IMG/VR virus record: IMGVR_UViG_3300049070_000315
Coordinates: 1 to 40,271 of that record
DNA length: 40,271 nt
Origin: a virus
Taxonomy: Duplodnaviria > Caudoviricetes
Strand: one strand, 5' to 3'
Shown: piece after piece, positions 8,642-17,684 of the stretch
Layout: each line of letters starts with the position of its first letter
Numbering within the stretch: the stretch's first letter is position 1
Notes under the pieces: generated by a model
What the model was told of the DNA's origin: nothing
Seen by the model: the letters and a program-made list of their open reading frames with translations, nothing else
The model's database searches: none
Program-made: the position numbers and the translations under genes

Positions 8642-10105
8642 GTTGGGTTTCGAACCGTTCGACCGTGCCGACTCGCTGCCTTCCGGCGCCAGGCCGCGAC
8701 CCAGCGAGTCATCGTTCGGCGAAACCTTCTTCTCGTCGACGCCAACCTTCACCGGCTGCATGAAGCCGGTGCCGGACAGTGTCGGCGCGCCGGCGTGCGG
8801 CAGCTGGCCGAGAACCTCGAGCGAGAAGTGCTCATCGGTGATGAGGCCGTGGGACAAGAGTTCGAGGTAGCGCGACTGCTTCATCACGCGCTGAGGCTCG
8901 AGCTCGAGCGCCGGCCGGAGTTCAGCAGGCGGGAAGAGGACCTGGGCATAGCCAGGGATGCCGTTGACCGCGAGCAGGAACGTGAACGCGCGCTCCAGGA
9001 GCTCCTGCAGAGGCTTGTTCAGCTGGTCGGCGTTCATGGCGGCGATACGCGCCTCGACGGACGCCGTGTTCACGCCCTGCTGGCCGCGGCCGATCACGGT
9101 CGCCATCGTCTTCAGGCCAGCCTGGTTCTGGGCATTCAGCGTCTCGATAATCGCGCTGATGTCGATGGAGGCGCCTGGCTTCTTGTCATTGATGATCGCC
9201 GCCTCGACCGAGTCGAAGTGCACGAACGCCTGTTCAGCCCGCAGCGTCGAGAAGGTGCCTTGGACCTCCGTGAGGCGGTCTGTCAGCCATTGCTTCATCG
9301 CCTGCGGGTCGTTCTGCACGTTCGCCGGCGCCGCCTTGCGTACGACCTCTTCCAGCACCTTGATCGAGATGCGCGGATAGCCGGTCGACTTCATGATGCG
9401 GTAGAGGTCGTTGATGACTGTCTGGCGCGCCGCGATGGTGTTGATCGCCGCCACGAAGTCCGAATAGGCGTAGACGCCGGTGGGGTCGCGGCGGTGGAAC
9501 GACATGAAGAAGGACGGGAAGTCGAGCGACACGCGCTTGCCATCGGCCTGTTCCTGCAGCGGCTTGTATTCGCCCGGCTTCTTCTCCTCCCAGCGGATCG
9601 ACGCGGCGTCGATCAGCGCCAGGCGCGAGGGAACCATTCGCTTGTCGAACACGAGCTCGGCCGGCACCGCGCCGCGGAGCAGGATCATGTATCGTGCCTC
9701 TTCGCACCAGGTGCGGAAGTTCGACTTGAACTGAAAGCCGAGTGTGTAGTCGGTCGGCTCGAACAGCGCGAAGACCAGGCTCTGCATCTGCTCGGTCGCA
9801 GCGCGGTCGATCTGGTGCTTGAAGTCCCGCACGACAATGATCGGCTGCGTGTCCGCCAGCGTGAGGTAGGCGCCGACGGCCGCCGACACATCGGGGTCGT
9901 GCTTGAACAAGCGCTTCATCAGCGCTTCGGAGTTATCGTTGATCCGGTTGTCGAGCAGATCTTCGATGTGCTCGGTATACGTCGGACGCGAGATGAACTC
10001 CTGCGACGCGGACGAGGGGCCGAAGGTCGGCGACGCGGACTTGCGCTGCGTGTTCGGACGCCGCAGCACGAAATTCACGATGGATTCGAGTGAGAAGTCG
10101 GCCAT
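8633..10105 (-). CDS. Portal protein
   Basis: 490 aa directly after TerL. DPDVSAAV near the N-terminus, GYPRISIKV, size and position typical of portals. Confidence 0.8.
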   Translation of the reverse strand: MADFSLESIVNFVLRRPNTQRKSASPTFGPSSASQEFISRPTYTEHIEDLLDNRINDNSEALMKRLFKHDPDVSAAVGAYLTLADTQPIIVVRDFKHQIDRAATEQMQSLVFALFEPTDYTLGFQFKSNFRTWCEEARYMILLRGAVPAELVFDKRMVPSRLALIDAASIRWEEKKPGEYKPLQEQADGKRVSLDFPSFFMSFHRRDPTGVYAYSDFVAAINTIAARQTVINDLYRIMKSTGYPRISIKVLEEVVRKAAPANVQNDPQAMKQWLTDRLTEVQGTFSTLRAEQAFVHFDSVEAAIINDKKPGASIDISAIIETLNAQNQAGLKTMATVIGRGQQGVNTASVEARIAAMNADQLNKPLQELLERAFTFLLAVNGIPGYAQVLFPPAELRPALELEPQRVMKQSRYLELLSHGLITDEHFSLEVLGQLPHAGAPTLSGTGFMQPVKVGVDEKKVSPNDDSLGRGLAPEGSESARSNGSKPNEA

Positions 10106-11823
10106 TACATGATGCCTCGGGACTGGAGACGTGTGCGCACGCCGAGCAGGTGTTCTTTCGGTGGCTCGGTTGCAGAGACTAGGAAGAGTTCTCGAAGATC
10201 CAAGTTAGCCTTGGCGCGGATGAGCTCGGTGAGGAGCGGAGCGAGGAACAGAAACACAAGGGAGTGGAAGAAGTGGTCGACGCCGGACAGCTTCTCCCAG
10301 CGCGCCTCTTCCTCGGGAACTTCGATGCGCACCATGTCCTGCAGGTGCGCGACGACGTCGTTCTGATACTGGCCGTAGCCTTGGAATGAGGTGCGGCCGC
10401 GCCGAATCGCGCGAACAACGCGATCAATCCCACGCGTGCGATTGCACTGCGCGTGCGAGAGGTTCTGCATCTCATCGAGGACCAGCTTCAGGTTCGCTTG
10501 GCCTCGATACTCCACCGGGACGATGCGCTTGCCCGAGGCTTCGAAGATCGCGTTTGCCGTCGGCTCGTACGGATGACGGTCGATAGCACCACCGACCACG
10601 AAGTAGTTGTCGCAAACAGTCTTGACAAACTGCTCCAGCTCTTCGACCGGCACGAGCGCGAACAGGAACGGGTCGATCTCCATGAAGCCGTTCGGCGTGC
10701 CGAGGATCACGTGGCACGTCTGACCGACGTCGATGCCGACATAGACGGGCGTGCTGGCGCCGACCGTCGGCTGGGCGACACCCTTCATCACCGCCTTGAT
10801 GCTCTCCTCCGAGAGGCGTGAGTTCGAGTCGGTGTAGGCCTCGCCGAGGGCCGTGTTCATGAAGCCCTTGAGGTCGTCGGCCGTGAGGTGGCGCACCAGC
10901 TGCCGGATCAGGTAGTCCGGTGGCAGCCGGTCAGTCGAGAAGGGGCGGACCTTGTAGCCGCGGGTGAGGCGGCCCGGGTGCATCGGCACCCACTCACGTA
11001 GCGTCGGATCTGAGAGATCGAGGGGCCGGCCGCAGCGTTCGCACTTCACGTGCACGCCGTCGAGGTGGATCAGCTGCGCGTCTTCGATGCTCATCTTCCA
11101 GAGTTCGTCCGGACCGTCGTAGCCAGGCAGGGTGACGAAAGCGGGCGTGAAGTCGGGGATCTGCCAATGGTTGCAGGCGCGGCATCGGCACATGTACTCG
11201 TGGCGGTCGCTGATCTTGATCGCCGCGTTGATGCCATAGCCGACGTGGGTGGGCGTGCTGAAACGCTGGGTGATCTTGAAACGCGAGTTCTGCACGCGCG
11301 ACTGGTAGAGCGAGATGATCTGCTGGCTGGAGAGATCGAGCTCGTCGTGCCAGAGCACGTCGGCGGGAATCGACGTGGCGTCGCCCTCGGTCATCCCGGT
11401 CACGTAGACGAAGCTCTGGCCGCCCAGCTCGTACAGGTCCATCGACAGCGAGGGTGCCTCGTCGCCGCCGCCGTGGAAGGCGCGGTCGGCCTGGATCAGC
11501 GGGCGGATCCGCGTCTTGGACACGCGTCGGTACATCTTCTCGTTCGGGAGCGTGTAGATGCCGGTCGAGCCGCGCTCGCGCACCGCAAACGCCAGCGCCT
11601 TGCGGACCTGCACCTCGGTCAGCCCGACCTGGCTCGGCTTCTCGACCGCCATGTCGGGGTGCATGTCGTTCGCGATGGCGATCTGAAATTCGTAGCCGTC
11701 GAACCGGAACGGCTGGTTCTTCAGCGTCGTGTTGCGGCAGAGCCACTCGGACATGGGCATGGCGGCGCCGTCGACCGGGAACCGCGCCACCAGCCGTTCG
11801 TGGAAGTCGTGAAGCAGCCGCAT
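10105..11823 (-). CDS. terL: Terminase large subunit, lambda GpA-like
   Basis: Walker A-like KPSQVGLTE, Walker B VLWHDELD, STPT motif, CRAC/CERC zinc motif, nuclease motifs VGIDVG and DHFFH. Confidence 0.9.
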   Translation of the reverse strand: MRLLHDFHERLVARFPVDGAAMPMSEWLCRNTTLKNQPFRFDGYEFQIAIANDMHPDMAVEKPSQVGLTEVQVRKALAFAVRERGSTGIYTLPNEKMYRRVSKTRIRPLIQADRAFHGGGDEAPSLSMDLYELGGQSFVYVTGMTEGDATSIPADVLWHDELDLSSQQIISLYQSRVQNSRFKITQRFSTPTHVGYGINAAIKISDRHEYMCRCRACNHWQIPDFTPAFVTLPGYDGPDELWKMSIEDAQLIHLDGVHVKCERCGRPLDLSDPTLREWVPMHPGRLTRGYKVRPFSTDRLPPDYLIRQLVRHLTADDLKGFMNTALGEAYTDSNSRLSEESIKAVMKGVAQPTVGASTPVYVGIDVGQTCHVILGTPNGFMEIDPFLFALVPVEELEQFVKTVCDNYFVVGGAIDRHPYEPTANAIFEASGKRIVPVEYRGQANLKLVLDEMQNLSHAQCNRTRGIDRVVRAIRRGRTSFQGYGQYQNDVVAHLQDMVRIEVPEEEARWEKLSGVDHFFHSLVFLFLAPLLTELIRAKANLDLRELFLVSATEPPKEHLLGVRTRLQSRGIM

Positions 11824-11858
11824 AGCGCATTGAGGGCCTCGAAGAGGCGTCCAAGTCC

Positions 11859-11888
11859 ACTATGCGGAACTATGCGGGACCATGTCGG
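11859..11888. repeat. 10-bp-phased direct repeat array (ACTATGCGGA ACTATGCGGG ACCATGTCGG)
   Basis: Read directly, in the terL / replication divergent intergenic region. Confidence 0.65.
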
Positions 11889-11938
11889 GATGACGTTCGA
11901 TTCCAATTCTGAGTGACCGAGCGATACTCGCGTTACGT

Positions 11939-12406
11939 ATGGCTCAACATTTCTTCCCGCCGCTGACCGACCAACTCCTCGTCCCGTTCCGCGCAATCGT
12001 CGTCCAGGCGAAGGCCGATCCGGCCTATCTCCAGGACGCCGAGTGCCCCTACACGCCACAGCAGATCGAGTTCCTGCAGACGCTGATCGGCGCGGGCTCG
12101 GCCGGCGTCGAAGAACAGATCCCGATGGACAACGAGTCCATCGAAGACCAGCTGGGCAAGATCTACACCTCGCTCATCAACCTGCAGAAGGGTGATGCGC
12201 GCCTCGATCCGAAGGACAAGGTCCAGGTGTGGAAGGCCTCGGTCGGCCTGCTTGAGCGCATCGCGGCGCTGCGTGAGCGCTTCTTCTCCGTCAAAGAGCA
12301 TCAGAACTTCCAGAAGCTGGTCATCGAGTTTCTCGACGAGACGATGACGGCTGACCAGCGCACGAAGTTCACTCAGAAACTCGGACAATACCTTGATCTT
12401 CGCTAA
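11939..12406 (+). CDS. Hypothetical helical phage protein (possible terminase small subunit)
   Basis: 155 aa, phage-like codon use, overlaps the primase start; function inferred only from position. Confidence 0.6.
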   Translation: MAQHFFPPLTDQLLVPFRAIVVQAKADPAYLQDAECPYTPQQIEFLQTLIGAGSAGVEEQIPMDNESIEDQLGKIYTSLINLQKGDARLDPKDKVQVWKASVGLLERIAALRERFFSVKEHQNFQKLVIEFLDETMTADQRTKFTQKLGQYLDLR

Positions 12407-14792
12407 TAACGCACCCGCGCTGTGGAAGCGCGGCCTCCCCGTGATTCCGCTCTATGAGCGCGAGAAGAAGCCGATCCCAACCGGTTGGTCCGCCTACAAG
12501 GACACGATGCCGGCTTTGGAGATGCAGACGTTCTGGATCGGCATGCACCCGAACTCGAACATCGGTCTGCCGCTCGGCCCACAAGCCGGTCTGATCGCCA
12601 TCGATCTCGACACCGACGATCCGCGCGCGTTGGCGGTGCTCGAGACGATCCTGCCGGCGTCGCCGTGGAAACGAGTCGGCGCCAAAGGTGCGGTGTGGCT
12701 CTATCGGTTCGGTGGTCAGCGCACGGCGCGCATCAAGACGATGGACGGCAAGGTCCTCTGCGAGATTCTGTCGGCCGGCACGCAGGTAGTGCTGCCGCCT
12801 TCGATCCACCCGACCACGCAGCGCCCGTACGAGGCCAACTGCGAGCTGCTCGATGTGTTGGGGGACATACCCTCGCTGCCCGAAGACATAGAGATCGTAC
12901 TGCGCAAGGCGTTCATCGCCGCTGGTTTCGAGCTGACGACGCACGGCAACACGAAAATCTCGGAATGGACTCCCGCCGGCGCCCGCGACAGCCAGATGGT
13001 CTCGCATGCAGGTATTCTCGCGCGTGCAATCACGCGTGGTGAGCGCTCGCTACAGTCTGCGCTGTCTGAAATCACGCATTGGGTCGAAACCTACACCGAG
13101 AAGGTGGCAGGCGACGACCTCGATCCCGAGAAGGCGCGCCTCAAGGTCATCGAGTTCCTCGTTCGCGACGTCGAAAGCGGTCGAATCCTGCCTCGCGGCT
13201 GGGATGACGACCTCTCCGACGAAGAAAAGACTCAGATGCACGCGCTGTTCGGCGGCTCGAAGGCGGATGTCGTCGAATGGTCGTTCGACGAGCTCAAATC
13301 TTACGTCACAGAGGGCTTCAAGAAGCACCAAGCGAGCTCAAACGGTCGTGTTGAAGTCGTCGAGTTCGTGCTGAAGAAGGTCGCCAGCGCCAAAACACTG
13401 TCGGTCGTGCACGAAGACCAAGTGCTGAAGTACATCAACCAGTGCGACAAGGCATTTTCGATGGCGTCGAACCGAAAATTGCTGCGCGAACTCAAGAAAG
13501 GTGAGATCGAGGGCAACGATCACACCGAAATCGCCGATGCGGTCCTGGCCGAACTTGCACGCTCGGGCGAGGTGCGTCACTTCGCCGGCAAATTCTGGCA
13601 GTGGGGCGGCGCCAGCTGGATCGAGTTGCCGAAATCCGCGATTTTGACGGTGGTCATGCGCGAGTTCGGCAAGCTGCCGGCCGCACGCAAGCACAACGAC
13701 CACAAGCAGATCATCGCTGCAACGGCTGCGATTGCAGAGAAGCCGCTGCAGACGGAGGCCGTGAACGGCATCAACTTCGCCAACGGCTACCTGACGTCCG
13801 ACATGCAGCTGCTTCCGCACGATGCGAAGTACGGCTGCACCTACGTTCTGCCGTACCGCTACCTGAAGGACCTCGAGGGTTCAGCATGTCACCGCTTCCA
13901 GACCTTCCTCATGGACGGGTGGGGCCACAACGACGACTTCGCTGACCGTGTGCAATGCTTGCGTGAGGCCATCGCGGTCACGTTGTTCGGCATGGGACCG
14001 AAGTTCCAGCGCGTGATCTCGCTCTATGGCATCGCCGGATCCGGCAAGTCGGCGCTCAAGGACATGATCATGGGCCTGATGCCGCCGGAGGCAGTCTGTT
14101 CAGTGCCGCCGCAGGATTGGGCGGAGCGTTGGTCGCCATCACGCATGTTCGGCAAGCTGGTCAACTTCTGCGGCGAGTTGTCTGACTCGAAGCCGATCAG
14201 CGGCGAGCTGTTCAAGTCCATCGTGGTCGGCGAGAAAATTAAGGGCGAGTTCAAAGGCAAGGACGAGTTCGAGTTCGAGCCGACCTGCACGCATTGGTTC
14301 GCCACGAACACGCTGCCGAAGACGAAGGACACCTCGGATGGCTTCGTGCGCCGTTGGGTGTTCCTGCACTTCGACAAGGCGGTGCCGGAGGAGCAACGCA
14401 TCATCGGCCTGGCCGAAGACATTCTCGCCGAAGAGCGTGAGGCCATCGTCGCCTGGGCGGCGCCGGCGATCCAGGATCTGCTGAAGCGCGGCCGCTACAC
14501 GCTGCCGGCGTCGCATACAGAGCAGGAACGCCACATGGCGAACTCGAACAACACTGTTCGGGCGTTCCTCGAGTCCGACATGCTCAAGTTCAAGGCCGAC
14601 GCACACCTCTCGGCCAGCGCCCTATATACGCACTACATGTCGTACTGCTCCTTCAACGGCACGCGCCCGTATCCGTCGAACATCTTCAAGATCCTGATGC
14701 GGGATCTGGTGCGCCGCTACAACTACAACATCAACACCAACGCGGATGGCTCGCTGGTCTATGAAGGTATCGCAGTCGCTCGTCCGAGCTAG
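12393..14792 (+). CDS. Bifunctional primase-polymerase / P4-D5 family SF3 helicase
   Basis: Prim-Pol motifs LIAIDLD and QVVLPPSIHP; D5_N-like INFANGYL; Walker A GIAGSGKS; Walker B NFCGE; FATNTLP...DTSDGFVRR; C-terminal winged helix. Confidence 0.9.
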   Translation: MIFANNAPALWKRGLPVIPLYEREKKPIPTGWSAYKDTMPALEMQTFWIGMHPNSNIGLPLGPQAGLIAIDLDTDDPRALAVLETILPASPWKRVGAKGAVWLYRFGGQRTARIKTMDGKVLCEILSAGTQVVLPPSIHPTTQRPYEANCELLDVLGDIPSLPEDIEIVLRKAFIAAGFELTTHGNTKISEWTPAGARDSQMVSHAGILARAITRGERSLQSALSEITHWVETYTEKVAGDDLDPEKARLKVIEFLVRDVESGRILPRGWDDDLSDEEKTQMHALFGGSKADVVEWSFDELKSYVTEGFKKHQASSNGRVEVVEFVLKKVASAKTLSVVHEDQVLKYINQCDKAFSMASNRKLLRELKKGEIEGNDHTEIADAVLAELARSGEVRHFAGKFWQWGGASWIELPKSAILTVVMREFGKLPAARKHNDHKQIIAATAAIAEKPLQTEAVNGINFANGYLTSDMQLLPHDAKYGCTYVLPYRYLKDLEGSACHRFQTFLMDGWGHNDDFADRVQCLREAIAVTLFGMGPKFQRVISLYGIAGSGKSALKDMIMGLMPPEAVCSVPPQDWAERWSPSRMFGKLVNFCGELSDSKPISGELFKSIVVGEKIKGEFKGKDEFEFEPTCTHWFATNTLPKTKDTSDGFVRRWVFLHFDKAVPEEQRIIGLAEDILAEEREAIVAWAAPAIQDLLKRGRYTLPASHTEQERHMANSNNTVRAFLESDMLKFKADAHLSASALYTHYMSYCSFNGTRPYPSNIFKILMRDLVRRYNYNINTNADGSLVYEGIAVARPS

Positions 14793-14982
14793 TGTGCGGG
14801 ACTTCATCGAGAGCCATTGCGTGCTCCGCGGATCGTCGACCGCAGCAGAATTATACGCAGTCTTCTGTGGGAAGGCCGTGCATGTGTGCACGGAGATGCC
14901 CTTCCGCTCGGCGATGATGTATTGGACGTCGCTCGGCTATCGAGCGGCCGGCGAGCGTTATGAAGGATTGAGCTTGAAATAA
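14746..14982 (+). CDS. Small protein resembling the primase C-terminal winged-helix domain
   Basis: SVRDFIES..AAELY..F..M..YEGLSL aligns by eye with primase TVRAFLES..ASALY..F..M..YEGIAV. Start may be 14761. Confidence 0.5.
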   Translation: MARWSMKVSQSLVRASVRDFIESHCVLRGSSTAAELYAVFCGKAVHVCTEMPFRSAMMYWTSLGYRAAGERYEGLSLK

Positions 14983-15001
14983 CCGAGCGACTGGCAGAAT
15001 C

Positions 15002-16204
15002 ATGCAATGGGTAAGTGCTTTGTCCAGAGCTGATTTCTCCGAGGTGGGCCACACTGGTGGTCGGATTACGTTCAAGATCATATGCGATGAGCAAGGCACG
15101 GTTGCGTACTCAACCCGCTGGGAGCACAGCAGGCCCCGGCCGGCGACAGTGGTGGGCGTCTACGTGCACGTCGATGGTTTCGTGTGCGCCGGTATAAAGT
15201 TCGGAGGCATTGGACAGGAATGGAACGCGCCACCTCTGCCGAATTGCTATCCGGTGATGATGGCTTCTGACTCCGAAGGGAAGTTCGGACATGAATGTCT
15301 CAGCTGCCGGTCGCACTTTCGAACTTCCGAAATCCCTGCGCTCCATCCGCTGACGTGTCCGTATTGTGGACACCGAGCAGATTCCTATAGATTTCTGACG
15401 CCACCGCAGAATGCGTACATCGAGCACTACCTCGCAAAGTTGCATGAAGGGCTTGCTGCAGTCCAACCTGGCGGATCGCTCGACGTTGTCATCGACATGG
15501 ACGCCATCGCTGACACGGTGCCAGGAGCGCCGCGGGCCGACTTCTACGTCGCGTCCATTGCGCAACAAACGCGGTTCAATTGTTCGAAGTGTCGCAGCTT
15601 CAATGATGTGCGGGGCAAGTATGCCTATTGTGCCAACTGCGGCTGGCGCAACAACCTCGCGAGCGCACGGATTGCCTTGGACGCAATTCGCGAAGATCTA
15701 AATGGTGGAAGGATCACGCCAGTCGACGCAGTAAAGCGGGCGGTGTCAGAATTTGATGCGACTGGGCGCAACTTCGCGGGGGAGCTTGCGCGCCGATCAG
15801 TCGTGATGGAATCGCGAAGGCGTCAGCTCAGAGACCAGCTCTTTCATGCTGTGGACGCCGCTGAAGAATTGCTTCGCCAAACCTTCGATATTCGTTTCAT
15901 GCGTGGTATGGATGCCGCCGACAAAGCATACCTCACGATGATGTTCGCAAGGCGGCACATCTACGAGCATGACGGCGGCGTAGCAACGGCACGATATGTT
16001 CGCGACAGCGGCGACAAGACGGTCAAAGAGGGAGACCTTGTCCGCGAGACGGTTGAAAACGCCAACCGATTGATCAGCGGGATCAATCGAATGTTGAAGG
16101 CGCTAGACGAGGATTTTCACCAGATCTTCCCACCTTACGACTATTGGATAAAGGAAGAGGAAGCGCGAAAGGCTCGGCTCGCAAAGCGCAGGTCTGGTGG
16201 CTGA
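15002..16204 (+). CDS. Zinc-ribbon + HEPN-like domain protein (candidate defence RNase)
   Basis: Four CxxC pairs (CLSC, CPYC, CSKC, CANC), C-terminal R-x4-H motif RHIYEH followed by GG...RY; lower GC than neighbours. Confidence 0.6.
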   Translation: MQWVSALSRADFSEVGHTGGRITFKIICDEQGTVAYSTRWEHSRPRPATVVGVYVHVDGFVCAGIKFGGIGQEWNAPPLPNCYPVMMASDSEGKFGHECLSCRSHFRTSEIPALHPLTCPYCGHRADSYRFLTPPQNAYIEHYLAKLHEGLAAVQPGGSLDVVIDMDAIADTVPGAPRADFYVASIAQQTRFNCSKCRSFNDVRGKYAYCANCGWRNNLASARIALDAIREDLNGGRITPVDAVKRAVSEFDATGRNFAGELARRSVVMESRRRQLRDQLFHAVDAAEELLRQTFDIRFMRGMDAADKAYLTMMFARRHIYEHDGGVATARYVRDSGDKTVKEGDLVRETVENANRLISGINRMLKALDEDFHQIFPPYDYWIKEEEARKARLAKRRSGG

Positions 16205-16239
16205 CAACTTCCTCTACCGTGTGATAGATTCCCTGGTCG

Positions 16240-16533
16240 ATGATTACGCTCGATGAGAAGGATGCGTTTAACCGCGCCTGCCACGGCGCGAAGACGGCGG
16301 TCGTAACTGGTGATGCGTTCGCGAAGTGCCGCGAGTTCGCGCAACTGGCGGCTGGGCTCGGCGGGTGGGACTGCTTCCGTCACAACTTCGAGCTCACGCA
16401 CGTCGAGACTGGCGGTGCGCTGCTGATCGTGCCCGCGTCGCAGATCTACAGCATGGGGACGTTTGACTTCATCGCGGTGTCAGCCAACCTCGGCCCGACT
16501 GATCGAGCCTTCATTCAGGGGAAGATCCAATGA
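16240..16533 (+). CDS. Hypothetical protein
   Basis: 97 aa ORF with phage-like codon use. Confidence 0.6.
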   Translation: MITLDEKDAFNRACHGAKTAVVTGDAFAKCREFAQLAAGLGGWDCFRHNFELTHVETGGALLIVPASQIYSMGTFDFIAVSANLGPTDRAFIQGKIQ

Positions 16534-16640
16534 GACGCGGGCCGAAGCTCGTCGCGGGCGCGGTTGCGATCTGCCTGGTGAGCCTGCTCGTATTTTGGCT
16601 CGGCATCACGCTACATCCTCCGGAATCCATGGTTCCTTGA
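16530..16640 (+). CDS. Small membrane peptide (36 aa)
   Basis: ATGA overlap with the previous gene; MRRGPKLVAGAVAICLVSLLVFWLGITLHPPESMVP has one hydrophobic segment. Confidence 0.45.
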   Translation: MRRGPKLVAGAVAICLVSLLVFWLGITLHPPESMVP

Positions 16641-16845
16641 ATGCAGCTGCGGCCTCGGGATCGAGGTTCATGTCGGCGGCGCGGTCGAGCGCGATCAACG
16701 CGGCCTGGATGGTGCGGTGCTCATCCCAATCTGGTGGTTAGAAGGGGCTCATGCCCCTCCGACACCATAACCATTTGATTTCATGGCGGCACTTGCGCTT
16801 TTGATGCCAGAGCTCTAGCACGTCTTGTGCTATCGTTCTGGTCAT
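16606..16845 (-). pseudogene. Small gene with a LexA box at its start, interrupted by an in-frame TAA
   Basis: MTRTIAQDVLELWHQKRKCRHEIKWLWCRRGMSPF*PPDWDEHRTIQAALIALDRAAD...EDVA*, stop at 16740-16738. Confidence 0.4.
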
Positions 16846-16849
16846 GTTC
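16835..16849. promoter_or_regulatory. Alphaproteobacterial LexA (SOS) box
   Basis: GTTC-TGGTCAT-GTTC, an exact GTTC-N7-GTTC, overlapping the minus-strand ATG at 16845. Confidence 0.65.
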
Positions 16850-17040
16850 TCATTGGGTAAGAGGGAGAATCAGGGCCTCGGGGCACCCTAAGTTATTGAC
16901 AATACGAGGTCTAATTGACGCACGCTTGGGAGCGTGCCCAAGACCCTTGCCCTTTTTGCTGACGAATCCAAGTTGGCGCTCTTGCATCCAATCGCGGACA
17001 GGTCCATTAGGCCCGTCAGTACTAATCCAAGAGCGAAGGC

Positions 17041-17457
17041 ATGAGCGAGGAATCCCCCCTTATCGAGCTGCGCGACCAGCTGCGCGCCGCTGTCGAGGCG
17101 AAGATGCAGCAACTGCCGGAGTATCGGCAGCTGAAAGCGCTGGAGGAGATGCTTGCGGGCGTAAAGCCAGCGGCGAACCAGGTCGTAATCGAGCTTCCAT
17201 CTGGCAACGCGCAGACCGTCATTGGACTGGCGAAAGCCTTCATTGCGAAGGCAGGAGAGCCGAAACCAACGCGTGAAATCGTGCCGTATGTCGATAGCGT
17301 GAAGAAATTCGGCGATCCCAAGCGCGCAAAGATCAACGTGGTTTCTGCGCTTTCTAAAGCGAAGAAGCACTTCAAGTCTGTGCCGTGGAAGGGTGAGCCA
17401 ATGTGGTGGCTGGCGGATAAGCCGCTGCCAAAAGAACGAGACGCCCGCGCTCAATGA
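17041..17457 (+). CDS. Hypothetical protein, likely C-terminal winged-helix DNA-binding domain
   Basis: 138 aa; N-terminal coiled coil, basic C-terminal part (GEPKPTREIV...NVVSALSK...WWL). Confidence 0.6.
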   Translation: MSEESPLIELRDQLRAAVEAKMQQLPEYRQLKALEEMLAGVKPAANQVVIELPSGNAQTVIGLAKAFIAKAGEPKPTREIVPYVDSVKKFGDPKRAKINVVSALSKAKKHFKSVPWKGEPMWWLADKPLPKERDARAQ

Positions 17458-17684
17458 GCGGGGCGCCTCAAAGCCGGTAGGCGCTCGCAACGCCTGCCAA
17501 ATAACAACCCCTATCGCCCTGACAGGCACGGAAAGGAGATTGCGTTATGTGGCTCATGACCCGGACAGGATAGTCCAGGGCCACCAAACCAGGCGGGCGC
17601 GCGAAGCGCCCGCCGGTGGCCGTCATACCCTACACCTCGGAATCCGTCCAGTTTTTCAAACATTGCCGCCGGGAGCGGCCCGTA

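Noticed and set aside
8615-10093. 492-aa plus-strand ORF, and similar long antisense ORFs (5693-6856, 6876-7937, 11050-11916, 28317-29366, 31866-32960, 19422-20333)
   Set aside because: They are shadows of well-supported genes on the opposite strand, as expected in high-GC DNA, and show no motifs.
16765-16820. IS terminal repeat (GCTCTAG, TAACCATTTGATTT)
   Set aside because: No matching partner end found; the sequence is better explained as part of the interrupted small gene.
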